The notes beneath the pieces were generated by a model that saw only the letters and a list, made by a program, of their open reading frames with translations, did no database searches and had not been told where the DNA came from. The position numbers were made by a program, and so were the translations under genes. A stretch of DNA of 64,000 nt from a virus (lineage: Duplodnaviria > Caudoviricetes): IMG/VR virus record IMGVR_UViG_3300006155_000013, positions 10,535-74,534 of that record, one strand, 5' to 3'. Below are positions 63,817 to 64,000 of the stretch, in pieces (the stretch's first letter is position 1; each line of letters opens with the position of its first letter).

Positions 63817-64000
63817 CTACTTTTTTGACCGCATCTCTTTTTCGATCAGCTCGACGATGAACTGCGTGGTGCTCTTGCCCTGCCGCGCCGCATATTGGAC
63901 GATCTTCTCCTTCTGCCCCTTCCTGACCTTGATCTCTATCCGGTCGTAGGTCTTCTTATTGTACCGGGCCGTCGCCTCTTTCTGCGCGTCTGAATATGCC
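63817..64000 (-). CDS. Second copy of RHH-like protein (start codon just outside the window)
   Basis: 77 bp identical to 17476-17552; same protein pattern. Confidence 0.8.
   Translation of the reverse strand, partial: AYSDAQKEATARYNKKTYDRIEIKVRKGQKEKIVQYAARQGKSTTQFIVELIEKEMRSKK

Larger units (their letters stand above)
18200..64000. mobile_element. Prophage 2 (contractile-tailed), nearly complete
   Basis: Integrase-immunity-replication-packaging-head-sheath/tube-baseplate-fibre-lysis order. Confidence 0.95.

Noticed and set aside
1-64000. Amber (TAG) stop-codon reassignment (genetic code 15)
   Set aside because: Several genes end normally in TAG (e.g. 9233, 10279, 15319, 23260, 24607), and all long structural genes are open under the standard code. 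Four in-frame TAGs fit point lesions better.
1-64000. CRISPR array, tRNA or rRNA genes
   Set aside because: No regularly spaced direct repeats, cloverleaf or rRNA signatures were seen on reading the sequence. A tRNAscan/CRT run would be the definitive check.

Overview
The window holds two adjacent temperate prophages of a GC-rich Firmicute (gene content typical of Clostridia/Oscillospiraceae phages; host assignment is inference). Bases 1-~18200 are the right half of prophage 1, a siphovirus-type phage (capsid C-terminus, head-tail joining, tail tube, chaperones, tape measure, a long modular fibre/receptor-binding region, lysis, an RHH-like gene and an XRE gene). Bases ~18200-64000 are a nearly complete prophage 2 of about 46 kb with a contractile tail (serine integrase, three tandem repressor paralogs, two antirepressor cassettes, a broken circularly permuted C5 methyltransferase, recombination/replication genes, PBSX-type terminase, head, XkdK/M/N/T-like tail, fibres, lysis, and a second copy of the RHH-like gene). 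The most striking unexplained structure is a family of intergenic cassettes (5 complete, 1 truncated) in the early operons of prophage 2. Each carries a near-consensus sigmaA promoter on the strand opposite the operon, whose -35 box overlaps the RBS/start of the next gene, and an intrinsic terminator on that same antisense strand, which together predict ~60-95 nt antisense RNAs. Other highlights: a 145-nt multibranch RNA candidate after the endolysin, an intact att-like palindrome at the phage-phage junction, a receptor-binding cassette shared by the two phage types that splits a tail gene in prophage 1, and a minor capsid protein with a JAB-like toxin tail followed by a candidate immunity gene. 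No database searches or folding programs were run. Family names come from recognisable motifs and synteny.
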